Origin: Macrostomum lignano
Lineage: Eukaryota
Direction of reading: 5' to 3'
Assembly (NCBI GenBank): GCA_002269645.1
Contig: NIVC01000544.1
Location: forward strand, 124,001-188,000
DNA length: 64,000 nt
The position numbers and the translations under genes are program-made. Positions 26,561-38,675 of this stretch are shown one piece after another. Positions within the stretch are counted from its first letter, which is position 1; the number at the start of each line of letters is the position of its first letter. The notes beneath the pieces were generated by a model, which was not told where the DNA came from, searched no databases, and saw only the letters and a list, made by a program, of their open reading frames with translations.

Positions 26561-27599
26561 AGTTGTAATGGCTATGAGTATACTGCAGCTACGGCTTAAC
26601 GCATAAACAAAACTTTTTGGTTGGTAGACAAAAGCTGCGTGTTTTAGCAAGCTCTCCACTACATGTAGCTACTCCCACAAAACGTGACTTACGTTGCATA
26701 CAAGCCCATCAGATCATGAAGACTGCATGAATTCAGACTTCGTGAGAAAAAAGCCTAAAAGAGCTACAGGAGTATTGCTAGAAACGATTGAATTACATGT
26801 GCAGCTAAAATAGAAAAAAACATACAGGGGAGGCACATGCATGCATGCATGCACCAGACCGCACACAATAGCCATTGGCTTTAGAACACATCCGCAAGAG
26901 CTGTCATGCGCGGTTGAAAGAGAATCCTCAGATAGGAAATGAGACTTGAAGAGTAAATGAGAAAGCGAGAATAATCCAATCCGTTAATACAATAGCTAGC
27001 TATCTGCTAGTCTCAGTGTAATTTCGATTTCTTCTCTTGTACTAGGCTGACACGACTTCTCATTTTTAGCAAACAATGGCTACATCGTTGCTCTTGATTT
27101 CCGGAGAATCGAACGGCAGTTGTACCGAATATGCCAACTACCTGCCTACCTTTTTAACTTTTACACTCTTAGAATGGTTACAATTTTCAAATTTACACTT
27201 TAGCTTATAACTTATACACCTTTTTGCGTTCTATTTCGATAAAACTGCATTGAATTTTGGCAAACAGGCTTTCAATTTCGGCATCAGCTACGGCCGCACA
27301 TCCAAAACTGCATTCAATTTCGGCATCGTTATTCAATTTCGGCAGCAAGCGCCTCGTGCCACAGACTGTCTATGGAAATAAAAGCGCATCTAAACTCAAA
27401 ACTGATTTTCAATTTCGGCAAACTGCACTCAATTTCGACAGCGCCAATGCAGTTTAAATACAGTTTGCCGAGTTTGTATATCAGTTTGTCTAAATAGAAA
27501 CTCTAGTGCCGAAATCGTTTCTCGCAGTTTTTTCTAATTTAAATGCAGTTTGGATGTGCGGCCGTAGCTGATGCCGAAAATGAAAGCCAGGGCCAAATA

Positions 27600-28000
27600 T
27601 AGAATATAGCGCATGACTGCGGGCAAGAGAGAGGAGGGGGGAATGAAAGCGGAGACAGGAGAGGAGGGGAGAGGGGAGGAAGGGAGAGAGAAAGGAGAGG
27701 ATGAGGATAAGGGAGAGGAGGGGAGAGAGAAGGGGAGAGAGGAGAAGGGATCGAGATGAGAGGATAGGAGAGAGAAGGGAGAGGACGGGAGAGACAAGAA
27801 TGGAGAGTAGGGGAGAGAGAAGGTAGAGGAGGGGAGAGAGGAGATGAGGGGAGAGGGAAGGAGGGGAGAGTGGAGAGGCGAGAGGAGAGATGATGAGAGT
27901 GAGAGGAGAGGGGAGGAGGGGAGAGGAGAGGGAAGAGGAGGGGAGAGAGGGGGAATATGAGAGCCGCATGTGCCCCGCGGGCCGGAGGTTGCCGACCCCT
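27600..28000 (-). mobile_element. Inverted, truncated copy of the same hAT-type MITE
   Basis: GTTGCCGACCCCT end, GA-rich tract, GCATGACTGCGGGC. Confidence 0.6.
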
Positions 28001-30547
28001 CACGGCTTATAACCTTAGTTACGCTCAACATGGACAATTGGACATTGAACATCTGAGTACGATTGAAGCGTGTCCGGAAAGTTTCCAAACTTTTAATCCC
28101 AGATCAAGAACAAGCAGACACAAACACAACTTAATTTTGGTCATTTTTAACCGGCACATTTTTTTGAATAAATTTAATCTGGTATTTTTGTGCTAAAAAA
28201 CAAATAAACTACATGTAGCTTTTGATCGTGTACGCATTTGCTGCGCTATCTGGCCTAAGATATCAGATACCATATGAGCCTTTAACTCAAAGTATCTGAG
28301 CAAACCCATGAGCCACAGCAACTCAGCAACTCTCCCATGAGCCTTGAGTTGTGAAGTGTGGCCGCCTTTACGAATAGATATAACCTCTAAATGAGTCCAT
28401 TAGAAGACTTAGTTAATAACCATGTAAAATGTTCAGGAATCGGGTTTCCATTTCCACAGGTAAAATTTAATTAACAGCTATAAACAAGAATAGCCGAGTA
28501 ATATTTAAATATTAAAAATTAATAAACGCCAATGTACTCATAAATTAGATACTAATAAAAACTAGCATTTTTTATAAAAAGCGGTCACTATTTAAAAATG
28601 CAGAAATTCGAACAAGAAAGAATGCGATAAACTGTTGAAAGATTAACACGAAAGATTTGACATTAAAATTAAATCTTTTAAAAACGCGATAAATTAGTTA
28701 CTGAAGTTAAACACATCTAGATAAAATTTGTAACAAGCTATTAGCCACCAAATTGATCCATTTTTGAGCAATATAAATGCAGATTCTGCAGCCGCATGAT
28801 GCTACTTACGAAGCATCGAAATAAGTAGAATGTTAAGAAGACGCATCAGAATCCGACAACCTTCGAGGAATACTCGTGCTCGACCGAAAACCGACAGAAC
28901 ACCAGGCTGGTGCTACAAGAGTTGACAGCCACACCAGACAGCAGACCCAACCAAAGCCGAACCGCGAGTCGCCTTACTGCCAAACGAGCCAACTTGTCGA
29001 CACAGATGGAAACACTGAAATTCGAAGTCTGCTGTTGATCAATAAATAAAACAAACGATCAATGAATTGACTGTAAGTCTTTTAGACCGAATTCGTCTAC
29101 AATTCTTAGAAAACCAATGACCAGCCTCTGGAAGCTCGCCAAACTCATCTAAATTTACCAACGCAGTAAACTCCCCAATCGTAAAGAACGACCTCTTACA
29201 AATAAAAGAATACAATATGTAGACGTAGGTGGTGAAGTTGTTGAGCTTTTTAGGTGTCCAGACCTTCATGCGTACGCTCTCTCTCTCGATTGTTAAATTT
29301 GCAAACATAACTAGCCAAGGACAGTTTCGCAGACCATCGAAGACTCCAGTTGCAATGTTGCATGACTCATCTCATCTCATCAGGTAGTTTATTCTTTTAC
29401 AGCTTCATAACCAGCTTCGAATCTTGTCATTTGTACTACCAACCAACCTGTGCAAGCATCGTGTCGACAGCTGCAAACTATTATTGGGCTGCTTTTTGTG
29501 CCTGCTGTTGAACTTGTTTGAGTCGCCTTAAGTCTGCATTAGGCTCAGTTATCATCCTCTCCACGGGACATGATGACAGACCAGCCATAGCCTCCATATT
29601 TGCTGCTGCAGTTATACGACAATCTAAAGTACGTTGCGTTAGTTCTTCCTCTCTTCTAATAGCAATGGATCAACGAGTTCAAAATCATCAACATCTGGTT
29701 ATTTTACACAGCGAGCACATTAAACGGCTTATTTTACGGACGTTAAACGCATCAGCCACGCCATGTATTAAAGAAAAGTTGTATTAGCGTTTTGCAGTGC
29801 AGTCCAAACGCTCACGTTTTTTTGTTATAATACGAAACCAGTTTTAACGAACGAACTGAGCCCAAGGCGTAGCCAACATTATCGAAGCGCAAAAACCTCC
29901 ATACGACACCATCGGATAACAGCATACAAGACCCAAATATCAACGGCGCGTCACACCGATCGAGCGACTGACCGATCACTTTCGTAGAAACCAATACAGC
30001 AGAGTGACGTAGAGAGAAATGACACACAAAGAGATGACATAAAAATGGGAGAAACGTCAACTACAATGGGCACGTAAGAGTACTAACAAAACTTATTAAT
30101 GCATGACAGTGCAAGGGGGATTGAATAAAAACCAAACATGAAAAGTTCCGTTTCATAGCGACACTATTAATAGGGTTTTATACACTAGTACTAATATATA
30201 TAAACCGTAAAAAACCGAACGGGCTAGACTTGCGCTAGGTCTCGCAGAGAGGATGTACTGTAAATTATTATAGCCCTATACTGTACGGAAGGCCAATTAT
30301 ACCAGCGAATATTAAGTGCCAACAAAACGCCGAGTTTTAGATTTCATGCATAGGTCTTTTGACAACCTTGCAATTAATTTAGTTGCCATCCATACTGAAC
30401 ACAACACAGACCAACTAGAATGCAAAAACATGTTATAATAAATGACAGAGAAACAAAAACATTTTTAAAATAAAACCGAATCATTGTTATACTCCACAGT
30501 CGAAATCGCCCCCACCCTTCCACTCAGACCGCGACCGAACGATCCAA

Positions 30548-30849
30548 TCATCGCAGCGCTACACGAATAGATCGGCCTTCAATTTTAACGCCGTCCATCA
30601 TCGACACGGCTCTGCGAGCATCCGACGAGCTGCTGAACTGCACGTGGCCGGTGCCCAGACTGCGCTTGTCCGGCCCAATGTCAACATCGGCAAATCGAAC
30701 TCCGCCAACGCCGCGGAACGCCTTTTTAAGACTGCTCCAATCGTAGCTATAAGGCAGATTGCTAACAAACACTGTGTCCGTGCTTCCGCCTCCGCCTCCG
30801 CCGCCTCCTCCTACGCCGCCTCCTCCGCCTCTGCGATGACGACCATCTG
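30548..30849 (-). CDS. HNRNPM/MYEF2-like: hnRNP M-like exon 4 (RRM3 and stop)
   Basis: VFVSNLPYSYDWSSLKKAFRGVGGVRFADV...GHVQFSSSSDARRAVSMMDGVKIEGRSIRVALR*; CAGCAG tandem acceptor. The four exons total 1278 nt (425 aa). Confidence 0.9.
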
Positions 30850-31009
30850 CTGATGTCACCAGACGGCACAGCGAGTGCATCGATTGATTAACGATTTAAT
30901 GCCATCCAGATTTCACAAAACTATATTACTCACTGCGATACTATATTAGGTATTGTTATGAACTTAAAGCATCATTGCACTAAAAGACTACCATTGTATC
31001 CGGCACCTG

Positions 31010-31545
31010 GTAATCACTCCTGACCCTTAGCTTGAGATTCACTCCCGACCGCCTGAGAATCACTTCTGACCCTTAGTTTGAGAATCACTCCCGACCCCTC
31101 AGTTTGAGAATCACTCCTGACCCTTAGCTTGAGAATCACTCCTAACCGACTAAGAATCAATCCTGACCCTTAGCTTGAGAATCACTCCTAACCGACTGAG
31201 AATCAATCCTGACCCTTAGCTTGAGAATCACTCCTAACCGACTGAGAATCAATCCTGACCCTTAGCTTGAGAATCACTCCTGACCCTTAGCTTGAGAATC
31301 AATCCTGACCCTTAGCTTGAGAATCACTCCTGACCCTTAGCTTGAGAATCACTCCTAACCGACTGAGAATCAATCCTGACCCTTAGCTTGAGAATCACTC
31401 CTGACCCTTAGCTTGAGAATCAATCCTGACCCTTAGCTTGAGAATCACTCCTGACCCTTAGCTTGAGAATCACTCCTGACCCTTAGCTTGAGAATCACTC
31501 CTGACCCTTAGCTTGAGAACCACTCCTGACCCCCTAGCTTGAGCC
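31010..31545. repeat. 25-bp minisatellite CCTGACCCTTAGCTTGAGAATCACT (hnRNP M-like intron 3)
   Basis: Visible tandem copies. Confidence 0.95.
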
Positions 31546-31599
31546 TGACAAATCTGATATCTGCAGTTAAAATCGCACATGAAAAATGAAGTTACGTAC

Positions 31600-31928
31600 C
31601 TCCGCCAAGCATGCCCTGCAGCTCCCGAGCCGTGGCCTGATCCAGTGCCGCTCCAACGCCGCCAAGACCTTCAGGCAGGCCGCTGCTGCCTCCACGGTGC
31701 TTACCATCGGGCCGTTCACCCTCCGGCAGGTCCATTCTAACTCGCATGGGCCTATTGTAAAGCATCTGATTGTTTAGCATGCTGATCGCTTGAGCGGCTT
31801 CTAATGGGGTCTCGAATTGAACGAGGCCGGCCACCTTGCCCGATGAGCTGCGAGGATCGCCGATGATGTCAGCCTTCACTACCCGCCCGGCTAAGCGGAA
31901 CACGTCCTTGAGCTTCTGCCAGTTCACG
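31600..31928 (-). CDS. HNRNPM/MYEF2-like: hnRNP M-like exon 3 (RRM2)
   Basis: VNWQKLKDVFRLAGRVVKADI...VQFETPLEAAQAISMLNNQMLYNRPMRVRMD...LPEGLGGVG; 329 nt. Confidence 0.92.
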
Positions 31929-32029
31929 CTGCAGGTTTGAATTAGTGCGGTTTACTTTAAAAAATAAGCTAAAGGAATCAAGATCCCACTTACCTTAGGA
32001 TCAAGCTAAAGATATAGCAGCGATTCTCG

Positions 32030-33110
32030 CATGAGGGGGTGGATCAGGAGTGATTCTCAGTGAGGATGCGGATCAGGGGTGATTCTCAGTGAGGATGGCG
32101 GATCAGAAGTGACTCTCAGTGAGGATGGCAGATCAGGAGTGACTCTCAGTGAGGATGGCGAATCAGGAGTGATTCTTATCTTATTGAAGATGGCGGATCA
32201 GGAGTGACTCTCAGTGAAGATGGCAGAACAGGAGTGACTCTCAGTGAAGATGGCAGAACAGGAGTGACTCTCAGTGAAGATTGCGGATCAGGAGTGACTC
32301 TCAGTGAGGATGGCGGATCAGGAGTGACTCTCAGTGAGGATGGCGGATCAGGAGTGACTCTCAGTGAGGATGGCGGATCAGGAGTGACTCTCAGTGAGGA
32401 TGGCGGATCAGGAGTGACTCTCAGTGAGGATGGCGGATCAGGAGTGACTCTCAGTGAGGATGGCGGATCAGGAGTGACTCTCAGTGAGGATGGCGGATCA
32501 GGAGTGACTCTCAGTGAGGATGGCGGATCAGGAGTGACTCTCAGTGAGGATGCGGATCAGAAGTAACTCTCAGAGGGGCGGATCAGGGGTGACTCCCAGG
32601 GAAAAGGGCGGTTTAAGAGTGACTTTCAGGGAAAAGGGCGGATCAGGAGTGACTCTCAGTGAAGATGGCGAATCAGGAGTGACTCTCAGTGAAGATGGCG
32701 GATCAGGAGTGACTCTCAGTGAGGATGGCGGATCAGGAGTGACTCTCAGTGAAGATGGCGGATCAGGAGTGACTCTCAGTGAGGATGGCAGATCAGGAGT
32801 GACTCTCAGTCAAGATGGCGGATCAGGGGTGACTCTCAGTGAGGATGGCGGATCAGGAGTGACTCTCAGTGAAGATGGCAGATCAGGAGTGATTCTCAGT
32901 GAAGATGGCGGATCAGGAGTGACTCTCAGTCAAGATGGCGGATCAGGAGTGATTCTCAGTGAAGATGGCGGATCAGGAGTGATTCTCAGTGAAGATGGCG
33001 GATCAGGAGTGACTCTCAGTGAGGATGGTGGATCAGGAGTGACTCCCAGGGAAAAGGGCGGTTTAGGAGTGACTTTCAGGATAGGGGCGGATCAAGAGTG
33101 ACTCTCAGTG
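32030..33110. repeat. 30-bp minisatellite GATCAGGAGTGACTCTCAGTGAGGATGGCG (hnRNP M-like intron 2)
   Basis: Visible tandem copies. Confidence 0.96.
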
Positions 33111-33190
33111 AATGGAAGGAAACAATAGATCAAAATGGCAGTAACAGTATATTACAGAATCAAGCTAACAATATTAATTAATAAATTTAC

Positions 33191-33450
33191 CTCGAATCCA
33201 AATTGCTGACAAACACGCTATTACTAATTGGTCCTCGAATGCCCAGCTGATTGAGCAGAGCTTGAGCACTGCCGCCGCTGCCGCCACCAGATCCTCTGTC
33301 GGCTCTTTCTGGGCTTCTTCGAGTGTAGCCGGATCCACCGTCCCTGCCCCTGCCGCCACCTCCGCCTCCGCCTCCCCGTCCAATACCTGCGGCGGATTCG
33401 CGTTCCATTCTTTCTAGTCGTCCCCGATCGCTAGGCACCTCTTCGCGTAC
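33191..33450 (-). CDS. HNRNPM/MYEF2-like: hnRNP M-like exon 2 (Gly-rich linker, start of RRM2)
   Basis: VREEVP...LGIRGPISNSVFVSNLDS; phase 0-2. Confidence 0.9.
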
Positions 33451-33499
33451 CTGTTCAGTTAGTAGTATAGATACATTATTACTAATAGAAAATAGAAAG

Positions 33500-33980
33500 T
33501 TGTCACTGTAGACAGTCAGATTGTCACTATAGACAGTCAGATTGTCACTATAGACAGTCAGATTGGCACTATAGACAGTCAGATTGTCACTATAGACAGT
33601 CAGATTGGCACTATAGACAGTCAGATTGTCACTATAGACAGTCAGCTTGTCACTATAGACAGTCAGATTGGCACTATAGTCAGTCAGATTGTCACTATAG
33701 ACAGTCAGCTTGTCACTATAGACAGTCAAATTGTCACTATAGACAGTCAGATTGTCACTATAGACAGTCAGCTTGTCACTATAGACAGTCAGATTGGCAC
33801 TATAGACAGTCAGATTGTCACTAGACAGTCAAATTGTCACTATAGACAGTCAGATTGGCACTATAGACAGTCAGATTGGCACTATAGACAGTCAGATTGG
33901 CACTATAGACAGTCAGATTGGCACTATAGACAGTCAGATTGGCACTATAGACAGTCAGATTGGCACTATAGACAGTCAAA
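33500..33980. repeat. 21-bp minisatellite CACTATAGACAGTCAGATTGT/G (hnRNP M-like intron 1)
   Basis: Visible tandem copies. Confidence 0.96.
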
Positions 33981-34039
33981 CTGGGCTACAAAGAACACTA
34001 GTCCCCACAGCATGTTGCTGATAAACACAAGCAGTCTAC

Positions 34040-34426
34040 CTTGATCCTACGCCCATCAATGTCCATGCCGTTCAATCGTTGAATGGCTTCCTCAGCGCCT
34101 TCATATGTTCTAAAGTCCATGTAGCCGATGCCGGAGAATCTGCCCTGTTCTTCTAACAGAGTGAGGTAGCCGGTGAAGCCCAATCGCTCTCTAACAATAC
34201 TCTTCAATCGTAGCACCTCAATGCTGTAGGGCAAATTCAACATGGCAACCTTTTTGGACTGCAGACGCCTGGATCGCGTTGGAGCTGACAAGACTGCAGC
34301 GCCAGCGCCTAGTGGACTGCGGCTACGACTGCGGCTGAAGCTGCCGCGACGTTGAAGTTCCTGGCGTTCAAGCAGGCGCGGCGAACGCGGAGACCGCGAC
34401 AGCGAACGAGAACGCGACTGGGACAT
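34040..34426 (-). CDS. HNRNPM/MYEF2-like: hnRNP M/MYEF2-like 3-RRM protein, exon 1 (RS-rich N-terminus and RRM1)
   Basis: MSQSRSRSLSRSPRS...KVAMLNLPYSI...GIGYMDFRTYEGAEEAIQRLNGMDIDGRRIK; GT donor. Confidence 0.85.
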
Positions 34427-34499
34427 TCTCTGCGGCGTTAGCGATAGGCAATAGGATTGCTGCGGGCGTTCAGCATTGACGCCTTGAATTGGGGATTTA

Positions 34500-35205
34500 G
34501 GGAGGCTGGCACAGCAACTGAGGATCTGAGAGGCTGGACCAGCAACTGAGGATCTGAGAGGCTGGCCCAACAGCTGAGGATCTGGGAGGCTGGCTCAGCA
34601 ACTGGGGATCTGGGATGCTGGCCCAGCAACTGAGGATCTGGGAGGCTGGCTCAGCAACTGAGGATCTGGGAGGCTGGCCCAGCAACTGAGGATCTGGGAG
34701 GCTGGCTCAGCAACTGAGGATCTGGGAGGCTGGCCCAGCAACTGAGGATCTGGGAGGCTGGCCCAGCAACTGAGGATCTGGGAGGCTGGCTCAGCAACTG
34801 GGGATCTGGGATGCTGGCCCAGCAACTGAGGATCTGGGAGGCTGGCTCAGCAACTGAGGATCTGGGAGGCTGGCCCAACAAACAGCTGAGGATCTGGGAG
34901 GCTGGCCTAGCAACTGGGGATCTGGGATGCTGGCCCAGCAACTGAGGATCTGGGAGGCTGGCTCAGCAACTGAGGATCTGGGAGGCTGGCCCAACAAACA
35001 GCTGAGGATCTGGGAGGCTGGCCTAGCAACTGGGGATCTGGGATGCTGGCCCAGCAACTGAGGATCAGGGAGGCTGGCCTAGCAACTGAGGATCTCGCTG
35101 GCCCAGCAACTGAGGATCTGGGAGGCTGGCTCAGCACTGGGGATCTGGGATGTTGGCCCAGCAACTGAGGATCAGGGAGGCTGGCCTAGCAACTGAGGAT
35201 CTAGA
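34500..35205. repeat. 28-bp minisatellite, same family and orientation as 7545-7935
   Basis: GCAACTGAGGATCTGGGAGGCTGG units. Confidence 0.96.
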
Positions 35206-38200
35206 GTGGTTGCTTAACTAATAGCAATTAAAGAAAGTGAGTACATAGGACTACAAATAAAATGTTCACTTTTCTATCACATTTGCTTCAATAATTTAGT
35301 ATTACCTTTTTACAATAACTCATATTATCTTCTGCTAGTGTTAACATTTAGACTGAAATCTTTTAATACTTTACTTAAAAGTTTTAATTTTCTCTTTAGG
35401 CCCATTTTTTAATTAGTAGAATTGGGTAGTGTAGCTCGCTTGGCTAGTAAGAATAGAATTAGTAGAATATTCTTTGTAAATTAATACAATAAATTAATTT
35501 CTTGCACTTGATTAATTTTCTTTTCTATTTTTCCATTTTCTTAGATGAGCATCTCAGCAACTTTTCAGAGATTGCATGGCTAAGATACAAAAGCATGGTA
35601 TTACACATGTGTATAAATTTTATTGCAAGCCAACATGCAAGCTTCAGCAGTAATTGCCTTTTACCAATGGCCTACTAAATCAGTTGCAATCTTTTGATCT
35701 GAATATAAAAGTCACTGAGAAATATCCTATTGATCTAGCAAAGCAGATTTGAGTTTTATAAAGCTGATATTTTAGCCTTGTCCCTTTATTGCTTAGATTC
35801 TATAAGTACTAGTCACTTATTGTTGCCTAGAATAAAAGAAAATATAATTAATAATTGGTTTGCTATCACAAGGCCTGCAAATGCAATGCATAGTTTCTAG
35901 GTCTATTGTGATTTTGAAAAATAAGTTTGCACAATTCTAATGTAGCCTACTAAGCACTATGCTTTTATTTATATTCTATATAGTTTTCAAAAAATGTTAT
36001 TTTCCTACCTTTTTCAACTCTATTAAAGAAAAGTAGCCTGCTTCAATTCTGTTTTGTAATTTGTTATATCAAGCTTTTAAAGATACTTTTATGTCATATT
36101 TTTACTACAATTTTTTTTCAATAAGTCTGTCTATTAATATATTTTTATTAATAATTATATTAGGCCTTATAGTTTGGAACGTGACATCTACATTGGGATT
36201 TCCTGGCATATAACAAGGGTATTTTTTATCATACATTAGGGTATATCCTAGTATACATGAAACAGTTGATACATTATATCAAATGACAATTTTTTGCATT
36301 AATGTATAAACCTAGCATATAAACAAGGTCTCATCATTTCTTCTAGCATTAAACCTAGCATACATTAATATAGATAAGATCCAAACTATGGATTAGGCTC
36401 AATGAAAAATACTAGTCATAGACCTTTGTCATTTATTTATATATAGACATTGCTAGTCCTAACTTTGAATAAAACCATGCCACTTAGCCACTGATATTAA
36501 CTGTAAGATCAGAAAACAGAAAATATTCTATAATTAGCTTTCTGTCTTATCTATAAAATATTCTATTTCAATTTTAGTTTATTTACCTTTTTGCACAAGC
36601 TTGTATATAATTTAATTGTTTTACAAACTATTATATAATACTATTATTTTATAGCACTTTATTAGTGCTTTTTCCAGGATTTGGGATCCTGGGATCCTGG
36701 GATTCACAGGGTTGGGATTCAATCCTAGAATGTTAATGCTAAGTTTTTATAATATCTGATATAATTGCAAGTATTTTATCATAAAATGGCAGTTAGTTCA
36801 AATATGGAATATCACACATACATGTCAATTCTCCATTACCCACTTTGTAAGGTCTTTAATCTTGTTTGAGTTGAGTCTTGTTTAAATCATTTAATGTTGA
36901 GATTTGATTTTAAAGTTTGAACTCATAGGACACATGAGTCTAGACTCTAGACTGACAAGTGACAACGTGAATGCCCAGGTGATAATAGGTTGTGAGTTAT
37001 GTTGTGACTGTAAGTCCTTGTGACTTGTGACTTTGTGAGTGTGCCTCATGCCACAGGCCAATGACTCCACAACTATGTCCACGAGTCATGTGCATTTGTT
37101 TTGTATTGTGCATACTGCTAATGCTACTACATAGTATGTAATATATGTATTGTTGTTGCTAAAAAAATATATGTTGCTAAAAGCAACATTTATTTTGCTT
37201 TGCATAGTATAGTGTTTGCTTATTTTTACTTGCAACTTGCAGATAGCAGATGTTCTCACATTAGTCACATGATAAAAAGTAATTCATATTGTTGTTATAA
37301 CATTATAACAATGTTACGACAAGGATAGTACTAGAAAAATATTAATCTTAGGATAATCCCGGGATCCCAGGATTTGACATTTCCTAATCCTGGGATCCTG
37401 GGATTGACAGAATCTAGGATTTTGTGACCCCTAATTTTATGTCTTAAAGATTAAAATTCCTTGACTTTAGTAAAAGCCTTAAGCCTTATTACTAGTTATT
37501 ATTGTTTTTTTAACTTCTTCTAATAGGCCTAGGGCCTATATACAATTGCTTGGTTAGACATAATTACTTGCAGATTATAATTGATTTACCCATTACCAAA
37601 AATAAACATTTTGCAATGAGAGCTATAGTATTAGTTATATCAGTTGTAATGTACAAAAAAGGAAATCAAGCATTAAAGATACTAAGCTGCTTTGATAGAT
37701 AGTAGAATATAAGCAAAATTTATTTTATAGCCATAAAAATAAAAGCAAAGAACCTACACAAATAGTCAAAACAGCTAAATTTCAAAGAAGCACAAGTTGA
37801 CATAGGCCTATATCACAAGGAAAGCAGTTTTCAATAAAGTTAAGAGGAATAAAACAAATTATAAGTTACTTAAATAAAAATGAGAAAGTGTAATTTTATT
37901 CGGATGTTAGGATAATGACCAAAGTACTTAATGTTTTAAGAAAAACAGCCCAAAGTAGAATTTTAAATTGCTGCTTTCTTAAAGTGCATTAAATGCACTC
38001 ATTAAGAGCGGAGCGGGTAGAGCGCACATTATCCCTTCTAGTCGGACAAAATTTGTAAGCTCTAGGGCCTATACTCGAGTCTATAGCGTCTATCTAGACG
38101 GTAGGATGTAGAGTGACTTTGAAGGGCAAACATAACTAGCTACTTACAAAATTGCCTAAAGCGAGTAGATTAGGCCCTAGCACAGATACTAAACACAGGT

Positions 38201-38675
38201 ATTTAGTATCTGTGGGCCCTAGCTTACTGTATAATATTTATATAAGCCCTAGCTATTTTACATATTATGCATGTAGACCGCGTAACTAACTCGCAATTAA
38301 AGTTTTTAAAAAAATTATCGCGGTAAAACTAGATTGCCGAAAAAACTGACTGTAAGCTAAATCATGTCAAGTGTAAAAGCAAATTCTTGCTACCAAGTAG
38401 CTCAGTTGCTTTAAAGATTTAACGCCTGGCTGACTATGCAAGACTTCCGACTTTTATCTTATCTAGGGCCTATTGACTATGCCCATGGATAGTATGTATT
38501 ATTGCATTGTTTTGAGTTCAAGGAAGTATATTTTAGAAACTTTATTTTTAATTAAATTGGATACCTAATAAACAACAATACTATACTCTAGCTAGACTTA
38601 GAGTTAGACTAAGATATTCTAGCTTGCCCAACGAGGTAAAGAGGTATTCTACCTCTAATGTTACAAGATTTATAG

